Source: a virus
Direction: 5' to 3' (one strand)
IMG/VR virus record: IMGVR_UViG_3300032291_001823
Coordinates: 29,516 to 93,515 of that record
DNA: 64,000 nt
Shown in pieces: positions 48,577-57,594 of the stretch. The position numbers and the translations under genes were made by a program. The notes under the pieces are model-generated. The model was not told the DNA's origin. It saw only the letters and a list, made by a program, of their open reading frames with translations, and did no database searches. How positions within the stretch are numbered: the stretch's first letter is position 1; each line of letters begins with the position of its first letter.

Positions 48577-49320
48577 ATGCCCACGTTTATAAAAACTGGA
48601 TATTGGGAAAAGTTACAGAAGGGATATAAAGGATGGTTGAATCTTGATGAGATAATTTCAGGTGCAGCAATCACTGGCTCTGGAACATCTGGATATTTTC
48701 CAAAGTTCAATGGAACCTCTGCTCTACAGAATAGCTCTATGTCAGAAACCACTCAAGGAATTGTTACTATTAGTCCAAGTGGTACTTTTAATTCAACATT
48801 TATTCTTGAAGGAGATGCTGGTGTATTTTATCAAGCAAATAGATATTCAAATAACTCAACCCATCCAAGATGTGAACTTAGGAAAGCAAGAGGAACTCGT
48901 ATAACTCCTTTAGTTGTTCAAACAAATGATCTGTTAGGTTCTTTAGAATTTTATGGATACGATGGATCAGCTTTTCAAAGAAATGGAATAATAGGAGTTT
49001 TTGTTGATAGTGTAGCAGGATCTGCAATAAATCCTAGATTACAAATTGGATTAGGTACATCAGCTCCTAACAACCAATACTATTTAACTCTTTTCAATAC
49101 AGGTAACTTTGCAATAGGAGGCGCTTCTGACGACCTTGCAAACAAACTGCAAGTCACTGGTTCTGTAATTTCTACACAATACAGACTATCAGCATTGAAC
49201 ACAGCACCTGCATCTGCAACAGCAACAGGAACTCTTGGAGAAATAAGAATTGATGCTAACCACATATATGTTTGCACAGCAACAAATGTATGGAAGCGTG
49301 CTGCAATAGCAACATGGTAA
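48577..49320 (+). CDS. short fibre/decoration protein
   Basis: N-terminus paralogous to the 38636 ORF. C-terminal APASATATGTLGEIR....IYVC.ATN.WKR fibre-tip motif. Confidence 0.65.
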   Translation: MPTFIKTGYWEKLQKGYKGWLNLDEIISGAAITGSGTSGYFPKFNGTSALQNSSMSETTQGIVTISPSGTFNSTFILEGDAGVFYQANRYSNNSTHPRCELRKARGTRITPLVVQTNDLLGSLEFYGYDGSAFQRNGIIGVFVDSVAGSAINPRLQIGLGTSAPNNQYYLTLFNTGNFAIGGASDDLANKLQVTGSVISTQYRLSALNTAPASATATGTLGEIRIDANHIYVCTATNVWKRAAIATW

Positions 49321-49327
49321 AAATAAA

Positions 49328-49359
49328 TTTGGTGATTTCAAATAAATACATTACATTCG
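49328..49359 (+). promoter_or_regulatory. Bacteroidota-type promoter
   Basis: TTTG (49328-31), 20-nt spacer, TACATTCG (49352-59). Confidence 0.7.
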
Positions 49360-49383
49360 TCACTAAAACCAAAAATTAAATAT

Positions 49384-49626
49384 ATGGAATCTGTAAAGAA
49401 TTCTTTTGATCCAAGTAAGAAGTACAAATGGCAGCCTAACACAAACTTTGAAGTGACAGGTGCTGAATTTGGTGTCATGTTAAATGCGTTCAGGCTTGCT
49501 CTTTCTACAGAAACTGCTCAACAAACTCTTTTAATTTACGAAGCTTCTAAGACAGCTGAGAGTGTTCTTGCAAGAGCTGTTGAGATTGGAATTGTAGAAG
49601 AAGCAGACGAACAGATAGATAACTAA
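49384..49626 (+). CDS. hypothetical protein
   Basis: 80 aa, downstream of the promoter. Confidence 0.65.
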   Translation: MESVKNSFDPSKKYKWQPNTNFEVTGAEFGVMLNAFRLALSTETAQQTLLIYEASKTAESVLARAVEIGIVEEADEQIDN

Positions 49627-49636
49627 AACAATAAAT

Positions 49637-49894
49637 ATGGAAACTAAAAAGTGGTATCAATCCAAGACAATCTGGGGAATTATCATTTCTGCAGCAGGTT
49701 TTATTGCAGCTCATGTACTTGAAGCTCCTGTAGAAATCCCAGAAAACGCTGATTTTGAACAACTTAAAGCACATGTAGAAGCTGTTAAAGCTGCTAAAAG
49801 TAACATCACTGTAATCATCAGTGAAGTTGTTGCTGCTGTAGGTAGTGTTCTTGCCATCATCGGTAGGGTTAAGTCTGAAGGAAAGATTGCCTAA
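49637..49894 (+). CDS. small two-TM membrane protein (holin-like)
   Basis: KKWYQSKTIWG, two hydrophobic segments and a basic C-terminus. Confidence 0.55.
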   Translation: METKKWYQSKTIWGIIISAAGFIAAHVLEAPVEIPENADFEQLKAHVEAVKAAKSNITVIISEVVAAVGSVLAIIGRVKSEGKIA

Positions 49895-49937
49895 ATTAAA
49901 TGGCTGGGTGACGAATAGCTAAAAGCACATTATTTCT

Positions 49938-50087
49938 ATGAAAAAGATGATTAAACGTAAGGATGGTTCTGTTTCCCAACATGGTTTATGGGACTCTATT
50001 CGTGCAAATAAAGGCTCTGGAAAGAAGCCTACATCACAGATGCTTAAGCAGGAGAAGAAAATTAAAGCTGCCTCCAAGAAGAAATGA
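49938..50087 (+). CDS. 49-aa basic microprotein (not in ORF track)
   Basis: MKKMIKRKDGSVSQHGLWDSIRANKGSGKKPTSQMLKQEKKIKAASKKK. Confidence 0.7.
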   Translation: MKKMIKRKDGSVSQHGLWDSIRANKGSGKKPTSQMLKQEKKIKAASKKK

Positions 50088-50164
50088 AAATGTGTGGCAT
50101 CCATATAATAGAATTGGATGAAGATGGGCTATGTTCTAAATGTTTAGAAGAAAATAATAAATAA
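50084..50164 (+). CDS. 26-aa CxxH/CxxC Zn-finger microprotein (not in ORF track)
   Basis: MKMCGIHIIELDEDGLCSKCLEENNK; ATGA overlap upstream and TAATG overlap downstream. Confidence 0.55.
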   Translation: MKMCGIHIIELDEDGLCSKCLEENNK

Positions 50165-50520
50165 TGCCCACGATTAAAAAACTATTACAATCCTCCCCAA
50201 GAATGAGAAATGTAACACCTGTTCCTAATGGTCCTCTTGTAAAAAAGAAAGGACCCTTTAAAGGATCTACCCTTAAGAGTGGTGGAAAGGTGACAGTGAG
50301 TGCTGGTGGAGAGAAGCACGTAGTTTATAAATCTAAGAAAAATAGTAGTAAAGCTACCAAAGGAGACATAATTGTGAACCATCCTACAAAGGATAAAGGT
50401 AAATGGGATACAATAAACCTCACCAAGATAGGAAGAGCTAAAACTGTTAAACAGGGTGTAGCCTCTACAAAGAAATGGCACAAAGACAATCCTAATTATA
50501 AATACAAAAAGTCTAAATAA
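50164..50520 (+). CDS. Lys-rich small protein
   Basis: 118 aa, LKSGGK motif, coupled on both sides. Confidence 0.7.
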   Translation: MPTIKKLLQSSPRMRNVTPVPNGPLVKKKGPFKGSTLKSGGKVTVSAGGEKHVVYKSKKNSSKATKGDIIVNHPTKDKGKWDTINLTKIGRAKTVKQGVASTKKWHKDNPNYKYKKSK

Positions 50521-50675
50521 TGGCAAAGATAAGCAAAGCTAAAAACCTGTCAGCAGGTGTTGGTGGAAAAGGTAAGAAAGCTCCTATGGTAGATCCAAAA
50601 GGTGCATATACAAAGGTGCAAGAACGCACTCTTGGTAACATGAAGAAAGGTGGTAAAATCTCTAAAAAGAAATAA
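50520..50675 (+). CDS. 51-aa basic microprotein (not in ORF track)
   Basis: MAKISKAKNLSAGVGGKGKKAPMVDPKGAYTKVQERTLGNMKKGGKISKKK; TAATG overlaps. Confidence 0.7.
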   Translation: MAKISKAKNLSAGVGGKGKKAPMVDPKGAYTKVQERTLGNMKKGGKISKKK

Positions 50676-50836
50676 TGGCTACAGATAAGAAATGGATACA
50701 GAAAGCAACAGCTTCTATTAAACGTAGAGGAACTGCTGGAAAATGTACACCTATTACTAAGCCTGGATGCACAGGTAAAGCTAAAGCCCTTGCTAAGACT
50801 TTCAAGAAAATGGCTAAAGCTCGTAAAAGCAAATGA
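50675..50836 (+). CDS. 53-aa basic microprotein (not in ORF track)
   Basis: MATDKKWIQKATASIKRRGTAGKCTPITKPGCTGKAKALAKTFKKMAKARKSK; TAATG and ATGA overlaps. Confidence 0.7.
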   Translation: MATDKKWIQKATASIKRRGTAGKCTPITKPGCTGKAKALAKTFKKMAKARKSK

Positions 50837-51045
50837 CAATATTCGAACCTTCTAATAGAATAGAAGTAATCACTCCAAAAGGAGAAGGAGTCATTTGGTT
50901 AGTGACCGAGTTCGGTCATGAAACAGATACAATATACACTGTAATTATTAACAATACAGGTGAGATGTGGCAATTACGACACAAAGACATTATTGTGAAA
51001 GCTAATATAACATTTGGAAGATATGGCCAGAATACCCAAGACTAA
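50833..51045 (+). CDS. hypothetical protein
   Basis: 70 aa, ATGA-coupled. Confidence 0.6.
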   Translation: MTIFEPSNRIEVITPKGEGVIWLVTEFGHETDTIYTVIINNTGEMWQLRHKDIIVKANITFGRYGQNTQD

Positions 51046-51373
51046 AGTTTATAACCCACAGAAAGCAGAAGCTTATGTAGGGAAAGGTGTTCTTAAAAAT
51101 GGTGGTAAGACACCAGCTTGGACACGCTCTGAAGGAAAAAATCCTTCTGGAGGATTAAATGCTAAAGGTGTTGCTAGCTATAGAGCTGCTAATCCTGGAT
51201 CTAAACTTAAAATGGCTGTAACCACACCTCCTTCAAAGTTGAAGAAGGGTAGCAAGGCTGCCAAAAGAAGAAAAAGTTTTTGTGCAAGGATGTCAGGAGT
51301 TAAAGGTCCTATGAAGAAACCTAATGGTAAACCAACTAGGAAAGCTCTTGCACTTCGTAAATGGAATTGTTAA
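51023..51373 (+). CDS. basic phage protein (DUF6321-like)
   Basis: W.RSEGKNPSGGLNAKG..SY...NPGSKLK...RRKSFCARM...LRKWNC; likely ATG at 51023. Confidence 0.65.
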   Translation: MARIPKTKVYNPQKAEAYVGKGVLKNGGKTPAWTRSEGKNPSGGLNAKGVASYRAANPGSKLKMAVTTPPSKLKKGSKAAKRRKSFCARMSGVKGPMKKPNGKPTRKALALRKWNC

Positions 51374-51393
51374 TAATTTAAAACATAATAATA

Positions 51394-51747
51394 ATGGCAA
51401 AAATTAAGAAAGCCCAAATGGGTAAAGGTGTTCCAAAAAGCAAAGCTGTAACAGAGTCTGGTAAGATGGTTGACAGGAAAGCTTTTATGAAAAGGCAAGA
51501 TGACATGGTTAAATCCATGAATGATCAGTATTTCTCTCGTCCTGAGAATAAGAAAGCTGTTGCTCCTAAGAAGAAAATGAAGAATGGTGGTAAAGCCTTC
51601 CCAGATCTTAATAAGGATGGTAAAGTTACTAAGGCTGACATTCTTAAAGGACGTGGTGTTATTAAGAATGGTGGTAAGATGGCAAAGAAAGCTATGAGTG
51701 GAATGAAGATGATGAAAGGTGGTGGCAAGTGTAAAAACGGCTGCTAA
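51394..51747 (+). CDS. Lys/Met-rich protein with EF-hand-like loop and xxxGG repeats
   Basis: FPDLNKDGKVTKADIL; MKNGGK, IKNGGK, MKGGGK. Confidence 0.7.
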   Translation: MAKIKKAQMGKGVPKSKAVTESGKMVDRKAFMKRQDDMVKSMNDQYFSRPENKKAVAPKKKMKNGGKAFPDLNKDGKVTKADILKGRGVIKNGGKMAKKAMSGMKMMKGGGKCKNGC

Positions 51748-51884
51748 TGAAATCTGGTAAACCAAAGAAAGCTCCTAAGGTGAAAAATCCTCGTCCTAAG
51801 GACAATTATATGAAGGAAGCTGACACAAAGCTTAGGCTAAAAAGTCCTCAATGGCCTATGAAACAGAAACGTCTTTCTAAATAA
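51747..51884 (+). CDS. 45-aa basic microprotein (not in ORF track)
   Basis: MKSGKPKKAPKVKNPRPKDNYMKEADTKLRLKSPQWPMKQKRLSK; TAATG overlap. Confidence 0.65.
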   Translation: MKSGKPKKAPKVKNPRPKDNYMKEADTKLRLKSPQWPMKQKRLSK

Positions 51885-51904
51885 TAACTCGTCCTGTATT
51901 CCGT

Positions 51905-51943
51905 AAGATGTGCACGCTCTTTCTGGTGCACTTCTTTTATTTT
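51905..51943 (+). terminator. hairpin at convergence of the two transcription blocks
   Basis: aagatgtgcac-N10-gtgcacttctt followed by a T-rich run. Confidence 0.5.
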
Positions 51944-52476
51944 AATGAGTTGTATATAGACAACACTTTTGGAATGAATGTTGAACTAGCTGCATCTTGA
52001 TAACATTGTTTAGCAAATATTCCATCTGACTCATACTCATCTAGATTCCATCTCTTGTCTCCTACACATTGTTTGGAAACAATAAAGTTGTGACTATCTA
52101 TACTGCCCACTTCTATAACGTTGCCTTTTAAACGCATGTTTCTATCTTTCCATTCTTGTGAGAACGATATGAAGTCTACGTTTAAATGGTTTACATTTTC
52201 CCATAGATAAGGATGGATAGTGGTATCATCATCGTTGAAATAGATGTGTCCGTTCTCCACCTTATCTATAGCGTGGTTTCTCTGTCCGTTTCCATATATA
52301 CTTCCCCCCACCTTTATTGCATACGCTTCACATTCCTGTGGTATGTCAACTTTAGGAACATCATAAGCATCAAATACAACTATCCATCTGTAGCTATCAC
52401 GTGGAATGTTTATAGTTTTTGCTATATCATGTAGGTTGTTAGGACGTGTACAAGGGGTAATTATGTTTAAGAACAT
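51937..52476 (-). CDS. small GT-A glycosyltransferase (GT43/GT2-like)
   Basis: IITPCTRP, QRNHAI, GHIYFNDDD and IDSHNF resemble GT43 TPT.R / QRN.AL / G.VYFADDD. Confidence 0.75.
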   Translation of the reverse strand: MFLNIITPCTRPNNLHDIAKTINIPRDSYRWIVVFDAYDVPKVDIPQECEAYAIKVGGSIYGNGQRNHAIDKVENGHIYFNDDDTTIHPYLWENVNHLNVDFISFSQEWKDRNMRLKGNVIEVGSIDSHNFIVSKQCVGDKRWNLDEYESDGIFAKQCYQDAASSTFIPKVLSIYNSLK

Positions 52477-53117
52477 GGTGTATTGTTCCTGTTTAATATA
52501 AGAAGCTTATCATTATTCCATCCTGGAGAGTACTTAAGCCTATGTTCTGTCATTATGAATGTCATAGATGAGAAGTAGTCTTCTACATCACTAATAGCCT
52601 CAACATACTTCCTTTCATCCTCGCTTCTGAATATGTCTTCTATAATAAGGAATCCTCCAGGTGCTATATGTTTATACGCAACGTTAATAAACCTCACCTG
52701 ATCATTGAACTCATGTGTACTGTCTTCTATTATAATGTCAAACATCTTTGAAGACAGTCCTTCTGATATAGATGACTTGTTCTTTATATCCATGTTTATA
52801 TAGGTGGTGTCTGACAGGTTATCATTGATTGCTTTTTGCAATCTCTGTTCTGCATACTCATACCCATATAACGTTGCGTTAGGGAAATACTCTCTCCAGC
52901 ACAGCATAGACATATTATCTAATATACCCACCTCTCCAAGAACAATTGGATTGTAACGCATATAAGAGAATAACATGTTGTAAACAGCTGTATATGGATG
53001 CTTATGTAACGATGGCACAGTGTTATACGGACATTTGTCTGTAGGATATTTAATTCCTATTTCACATAAGTCTGACACAGCATTTGTAGAATCAATGACC
53101 AAGTTTTGTACTTTCAT
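52467..53117 (-). CDS. class I SAM-dependent methyltransferase (sugar O-methyltransferase-like)
   Basis: TDK...H.YT..Y, EVGI...S...WREYFPNA.LYG.E, FDIIIEDSTH and PGGFLIIED; likely start MKVQN at 53117. Confidence 0.8.
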   Translation of the reverse strand: MKVQNLVIDSTNAVSDLCEIGIKYPTDKCPYNTVPSLHKHPYTAVYNMLFSYMRYNPIVLGEVGILDNMSMLCWREYFPNATLYGYEYAEQRLQKAINDNLSDTTYINMDIKNKSSISEGLSSKMFDIIIEDSTHEFNDQVRFINVAYKHIAPGGFLIIEDIFRSEDERKYVEAISDVEDYFSSMTFIMTEHRLKYSPGWNNDKLLILNRNNTPCS

Positions 53118-53127
53118 TTGTTGTGTT

Positions 53128-53697
53128 TTAGTTGTGTACGAACAGCACCTTATTAACCTTAGCAATGTTCTCCACTGGAAATCTTTGCTTGAAGTTTTCT
53201 ACAAACCATCCATCAGCAGCATACTCTGTTCCTAGGTATAGCTGTTGAGCCAAATCTCTACGTGTAGCAAATGCTCCCATATCAATTTGTCCTCCTGCAG
53301 GAACACATTTGAAATATGCATAATTGAAATGTGAATGCACCATATCCCAATACACCATTCCCACCTTCTGTTTACATAATGTAGATATTTCTTCTACAAA
53401 GTTGGGAGTGTAATAGTTATCATCACCTGTCATGATGATGTAATCAGCAGTGCTCATTTGTTTACCCATCTCTCTAGGAGTGTGACCCCAATCATTATAT
53501 CTCTTATCTGTAACCGTATGTCTTATTCTAGAATCCTTAAACATATTGATGATGTCTAATATCTCATCTAGATGATCAGTTCCATCTATAACAACGTTAG
53601 CTCCCCAATCTCCATTAGTTTGAGCAACTAGGGATGCTAACATTGATGTAAGAGGAGCAGGTCTATAGTATGTTGGAATTATGAACTCTACTAGCAT
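53128..53697 (-). CDS. small GT-A glycosyltransferase (GT2/GT43-like)
   Basis: FIIPTY, VIDG, WGHTPR, GDDNYY, IDMGAF, ADG. Confidence 0.8.
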   Translation of the reverse strand: MLVEFIIPTYYRPAPLTSMLASLVAQTNGDWGANVVIDGTDHLDEILDIINMFKDSRIRHTVTDKRYNDWGHTPREMGKQMSTADYIIMTGDDNYYTPNFVEEISTLCKQKVGMVYWDMVHSHFNYAYFKCVPAGGQIDMGAFATRRDLAQQLYLGTEYAADGWFVENFKQRFPVENIAKVNKVLFVHN

Positions 53698-54454
53698 TGT
53701 ATTGTTTTAATATGTTTAAATAATTTCTAGTCCAATTTGGCACTAGTTTGACATCACCAGTTGGAATTTGACCCATCTGCCTAAGCTTCTCAACATGTGC
53801 AGAATGTCTTTGTATTGCATTTGGACGTGAATCATCATCTGTACCAAGCCCACTCATGTGATAGCCCCTACCTCCCCACATATAGAACCAACTAACTTCC
53901 TCATCAGGAGGAGAAGCAATAACCACCTTATCTCTTCCAAGCTCATGCATTTTTACAACAAGAGTCATGTCATATCCAGCATTCTCTAAAGGATGTCTAC
54001 CTACAGCTTCCCAAGCATCTCTGCTATATACAATTCCTGAATTACCAAGTCCTGTAATAGCTTCAATGTTTTCTCCACTAAACAAAACTCCTCTGTTCCA
54101 ATGTAATAGATTAGATGCTGGTGTAAAATATTTTGCAATATTTCTTAGATGATTTGGCATAGCAATGTCATCATCATCCCACACAGCAATTATATCATGT
54201 TTACATTTCTCAAGAGTGTAATTTTCTTTCTCTCCTATTGTACTGAATGTCTCTTTAAGGTTGTAAATCTTAACCTCTGGATGATCAAATATGAGAGTTT
54301 GTAAAGGATAGTCATTTACAATAATGAGTTCTTTTTCTCCTGGATAGTCTTGCTGGAGAAAGCTGTAAATGGACTCTTCCAAGTAGTCCACTCTTCCATA
54401 AGTTATACACTTACACGATATCGGAGGAAAATAGTTTGTAGAATCGTTCTGCAT
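53663..54454 (-). CDS. GT2-like glycosyltransferase
   Basis: CITYGR..LEESI.SFL.QDY, ELIIVND, IAVWDDDD, GYD. Confidence 0.85.
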   Translation of the reverse strand: MQNDSTNYFPPISCKCITYGRVDYLEESIYSFLQQDYPGEKELIIVNDYPLQTLIFDHPEVKIYNLKETFSTIGEKENYTLEKCKHDIIAVWDDDDIAMPNHLRNIAKYFTPASNLLHWNRGVLFSGENIEAITGLGNSGIVYSRDAWEAVGRHPLENAGYDMTLVVKMHELGRDKVVIASPPDEEVSWFYMWGGRGYHMSGLGTDDDSRPNAIQRHSAHVEKLRQMGQIPTGDVKLVPNWTRNYLNILKQYNASRVHNSNIL

Positions 54455-54719
54455 CTTCTTTAGTTAAATAGATTTCTGTTTGAAAAACATCTCTTTGGCG
54501 CTTAGTTCCTTTCACCTTATTTGTTCTTACATCTACATCAGGAACTTCTTGTGACCTTTCATGTATGTCGTCCAGAAGGACAATCATTCTCTCGTCCTCA
54601 AGTGTTACAGCTCTGATAACCTTGTTTAAATTGAACCCATCAACATACTCCTTGTATTCAGGAGCTTCTGGAGTTCCACCAGAAATCTCTTTCCTCTTGT
54701 AAAAAAACATTTCACTCAT
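54411..54719 (-). CDS. hypothetical protein
   Basis: 102-aa ORF with A-rich leader. Confidence 0.65.
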   Translation of the reverse strand: MSEMFFYKRKEISGGTPEAPEYKEYVDGFNLNKVIRAVTLEDERMIVLLDDIHERSQEVPDVDVRTNKVKGTKRQRDVFQTEIYLTKEDAERFYKLFSSDIV

Positions 54720-54734
54720 TGTATTGTATTTTAA

Positions 54735-55094
54735 TTAATAAACCATAGGAACAGCTAAACCTTTTTCCAATATAACACTATTTAAATGTGTTAAGAATCC
54801 TTCTCCACAATATACATCTATTAGAGGTCTTCCGTATTTGTCCAGTTCTACACTCTTAACCATTATAACACTCCTCAAAGGTAGTGAATCTATTACAAAT
54901 TGTTTTGTAATCATTCCTTTTTCCTTTTCCTGTAGATTCTTTGTCTTTGTTTCAGGAGCATTAATTCCATAAAATCTACACGTAGAGGTGTAAGTGTTTC
55001 TGAACCCTGTATCAATAGCAAGTTCTACAGTGTCTCCATCTAACACTCTAATTACAATAGCTTTGTAATAATAAAGTTTATCTTCCATATTCAT
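54735..55094 (-). CDS. thermonuclease (SNase-like)
   Basis: RVLDGDT, R.YGINAPE, DKYGR.L, GLA; likely start MNMEDK (55094) or MEDK (55088). Confidence 0.88.
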   Translation of the reverse strand: MNMEDKLYYYKAIVIRVLDGDTVELAIDTGFRNTYTSTCRFYGINAPETKTKNLQEKEKGMITKQFVIDSLPLRSVIMVKSVELDKYGRPLIDVYCGEGFLTHLNSVILEKGLAVPMVY

Positions 55095-55740
55095 AATCAA
55101 GAATTTTTCCAACGATGTCTGATCTGTGGTTTTCCTTAAGCTTAATCCATTTGAGTTCTGATATCCTTTTAGACATCTCAATGACATAAGCCAGTCCATT
55201 CATACCATTATCCCTAATGTCAGTTTGCTCAAGGTCACCATTAATAATAATCTTACCTGTCTTACCAAGCCTTGTGAGAATAGCTAACATCTGAGCCTTT
55301 GTAAGATTTTGAGCTTCCTCAACAATCAGCAAGTCATCAATAGTCTTACCACGTATAAACTGTACAGGATAGGTGAGAATCTTTTTAGCTTCTATAAACT
55401 CCTGTATCTTCACTCCATCATAGCACTTAAGAAGGTTCTCCTGAAAGGCTTCTAGATAAGGATTAAACTTATCTTCTATTCCTCCAGGTAGATAGCCTAA
55501 TGAGTTACCCACTTCAATAGTGGCTCTTGTTACAAACACCTTTTCACACTGCTTCTTAAAAAGGAAATCAAGAGCCACTTGAGCACCAACTAATGACTTA
55601 CCACTGCCTGCTCTTCCTGTTATTATAACAATCTGATTGTCAATTATAAGTCTTTTGGCTTCTTTTTGTTCTTCGTTAAGAGTGATTTTATACTTAATAT
55701 CATTCTTATACTCACGCTTTGGTTCTTTCATACTTTTCAA
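55078..55740 (-). CDS. phoH: PhoH-like ATPase
   Basis: GRAGSGKS Walker A, LGYLPG, FIRGKT, EEAQN, LTRLG, GD..Q.D, HRS. Confidence 0.92.
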   Translation of the reverse strand: MKSMKEPKREYKNDIKYKITLNEEQKEAKRLIIDNQIVIITGRAGSGKSLVGAQVALDFLFKKQCEKVFVTRATIEVGNSLGYLPGGIEDKFNPYLEAFQENLLKCYDGVKIQEFIEAKKILTYPVQFIRGKTIDDLLIVEEAQNLTKAQMLAILTRLGKTGKIIINGDLEQTDIRDNGMNGLAYVIEMSKRISELKWIKLKENHRSDIVGKILDYEYGR

Positions 55741-56110
55741 GTAGTTTTTGTCTTCTAACGTTCACTTCTTCATACCTGTAAATGTCACTCTCAACTTGAT
55801 CATGTTCCTCTAGAGTGAGTAGGATGATGTTTTCTTTGTCATACTGTGCATCAGAATATTTGCTCTTAGGGAGGATGTGATGAAAATAGGTTGACAATGC
55901 TTCATCTCCTAGATATTTACCACTAACTTCAGAATAATGAGTGCGTTCTTTCCAGACATCTAGGAAGAAAGTTTTCATCTCCATTCCTCCACCATCTGCT
56001 TTCTTACTTACTGTTTTCTTTAGAGACTTCTTAGGAATGTGATTTTTACATAATCCATTTCCCCATACAGGACTGTTACATCCTTCCATCTTACATTTCT
56101 TTGAAACCAT
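55712..56110 (-). CDS. HNH-fold protein with N-terminal Zn finger (NinG-like)
   Basis: C...GC......GLC..H; FHHILPKSKY...ENIILL...EH. Confidence 0.6.
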   Translation of the reverse strand: MVSKKCKMEGCNSPVWGNGLCKNHIPKKSLKKTVSKKADGGGMEMKTFFLDVWKERTHYSEVSGKYLGDEALSTYFHHILPKSKYSDAQYDKENIILLTLEEHDQVESDIYRYEEVNVRRQKLLEKYERTKA

Positions 56111-56119
56111 GTTTAAATA

Positions 56120-56560
56120 TTAACTAACGCCAGTACTGCCAAATCCACCAGTTCCCCTTTCAGAATCTTCAAGACTGTCAACTTCTTCAAATTCAAAGTC
56201 AAGGATTTTCTCAAAATAAATTTGAGCAACTCTCTCTCCAACAGAATAAGGAAGAGGACCAGCATCCACAATACTTCCTTCAAAAGGAGAAAGAGAAAGC
56301 ATCCATTCACCACGATAGTCACTATCAATAACACCTAAATTGTTATTCATAGTCCATCTGTGTTTGGTTAAGTTGCTCCTGGGAACAATTATTCCTTTGT
56401 AACCAACAGGGATTTCTGTTGCAAATCCTAAACCATAAACAATTCTACCTTCTTTGAAGCTTATAGAACTTGCATAAACGTCGTAACAAGCAGCATGTAA
56501 ACTACCCTTTATAGGTAGTTTACAATTTGCATTAAGCTTTTTAAATTTCACCTTCATCAT
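56120..56560 (-). CDS. dut: trimeric dUTPase
   Basis: AACYD, PRS, GVIDSDYRGE, ERVAQ, RGTGGFGSTG. Confidence 0.95.
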   Translation of the reverse strand: MMKVKFKKLNANCKLPIKGSLHAACYDVYASSISFKEGRIVYGLGFATEIPVGYKGIIVPRSNLTKHRWTMNNNLGVIDSDYRGEWMLSLSPFEGSIVDAGPLPYSVGERVAQIYFEKILDFEFEEVDSLEDSERGTGGFGSTGVS

Positions 56561-57581
56561 TTGTTTCTTCTTTTATTTCAACAACTTGTAAAATCTTACT
56601 TTTAATCTTGCTTACAATATTATTATAAAACTCTTCATTGTCTTTCAACAACTTACGAAACTCTTCAACGTCATATTTAATCTCGTCAAAGGTAATTGTT
56701 TTTCCCCATTTCTTAAAAATCTCATGCTCACTACCAAGCTCCATAATCTCACCCACCTTGTCAATACCCTCACCATAAACAATCTCAAATTGAGATAGTC
56801 TATAAGGAGGAGACATTTTGTTCTTAGTAGCTTTCACCTTAGTAATATTACCGTAAGTTACATCACCCTCTTTTGCAAGGCTCTTGCTCACCTCGATTCT
56901 ACAATCACTATAGAACTTAAGAGCATGACCACCCTGAGTTGTTGTAGGATTACCAAACATTACACCAATCTTCTCACGATATTGACTAATTACAATCAGG
57001 CAAACGTTATGTTTAGAAAGAGCACTCTTAAGTTTTGGATAGGCATTGCTGTTAAGTACAGCCTTCTTACCAATAGCACTATCACCCACCTCACCATCTA
57101 ACACCTTCTTAGGAATCAATGATGAATCTGAATCTATAATTACAAGATCTACACTATCACTTGTAATCATTTCCATTGCAATATTAAAGCCCTCTTCACC
57201 ACAGCTTGGTTGGGCAATGAGCATCTTTGTTGTGTCTACACCAATTGACTGGAAATAAGACTTGTCAACAGCATGCTCACCATCTATATAAAGCACTACA
57301 CCACCTTTCTTCTGACATTCAGCTACAGCATGACCTGATATTGTAGATTTACCTGTACCTTCCCATCCCATAAGTTCATACATCCTACCCTTAACAAATC
57401 CACCTGTACCAAGTGTCACCCAATCAAAACCAATACTTCCTGTACTAATTACATCATAGTCACCATTTGTTTTACTGTCAAGGGTTATAACAGTTCCAGC
57501 ACCATATGCCTTATTTAATTTGTCTAAAGCTTCTTGAAATTTGCTTCCTCCTGAAGTTTCTGATTTTGTTGATTTTGCCAT
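56541..57581 (-). CDS. recA: RecA recombinase
   Basis: ISTGS, GWEGTGKST, YIDGEHA, QYREKIGVMFGNPTTTQGGHALKFYS, KNK..PPY. Confidence 0.95.
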   Translation of the reverse strand: MAKSTKSETSGGSKFQEALDKLNKAYGAGTVITLDSKTNGDYDVISTGSIGFDWVTLGTGGFVKGRMYELMGWEGTGKSTISGHAVAECQKKGGVVLYIDGEHAVDKSYFQSIGVDTTKMLIAQPSCGEEGFNIAMEMITSDSVDLVIIDSDSSLIPKKVLDGEVGDSAIGKKAVLNSNAYPKLKSALSKHNVCLIVISQYREKIGVMFGNPTTTQGGHALKFYSDCRIEVSKSLAKEGDVTYGNITKVKATKNKMSPPYRLSQFEIVYGEGIDKVGEIMELGSEHEIFKKWGKTITFDEIKYDVEEFRKLLKDNEEFYNNIVSKIKSKILQVVEIKEETNDEGEI

Positions 57582-57594
57582 TTGTTTTATACTT

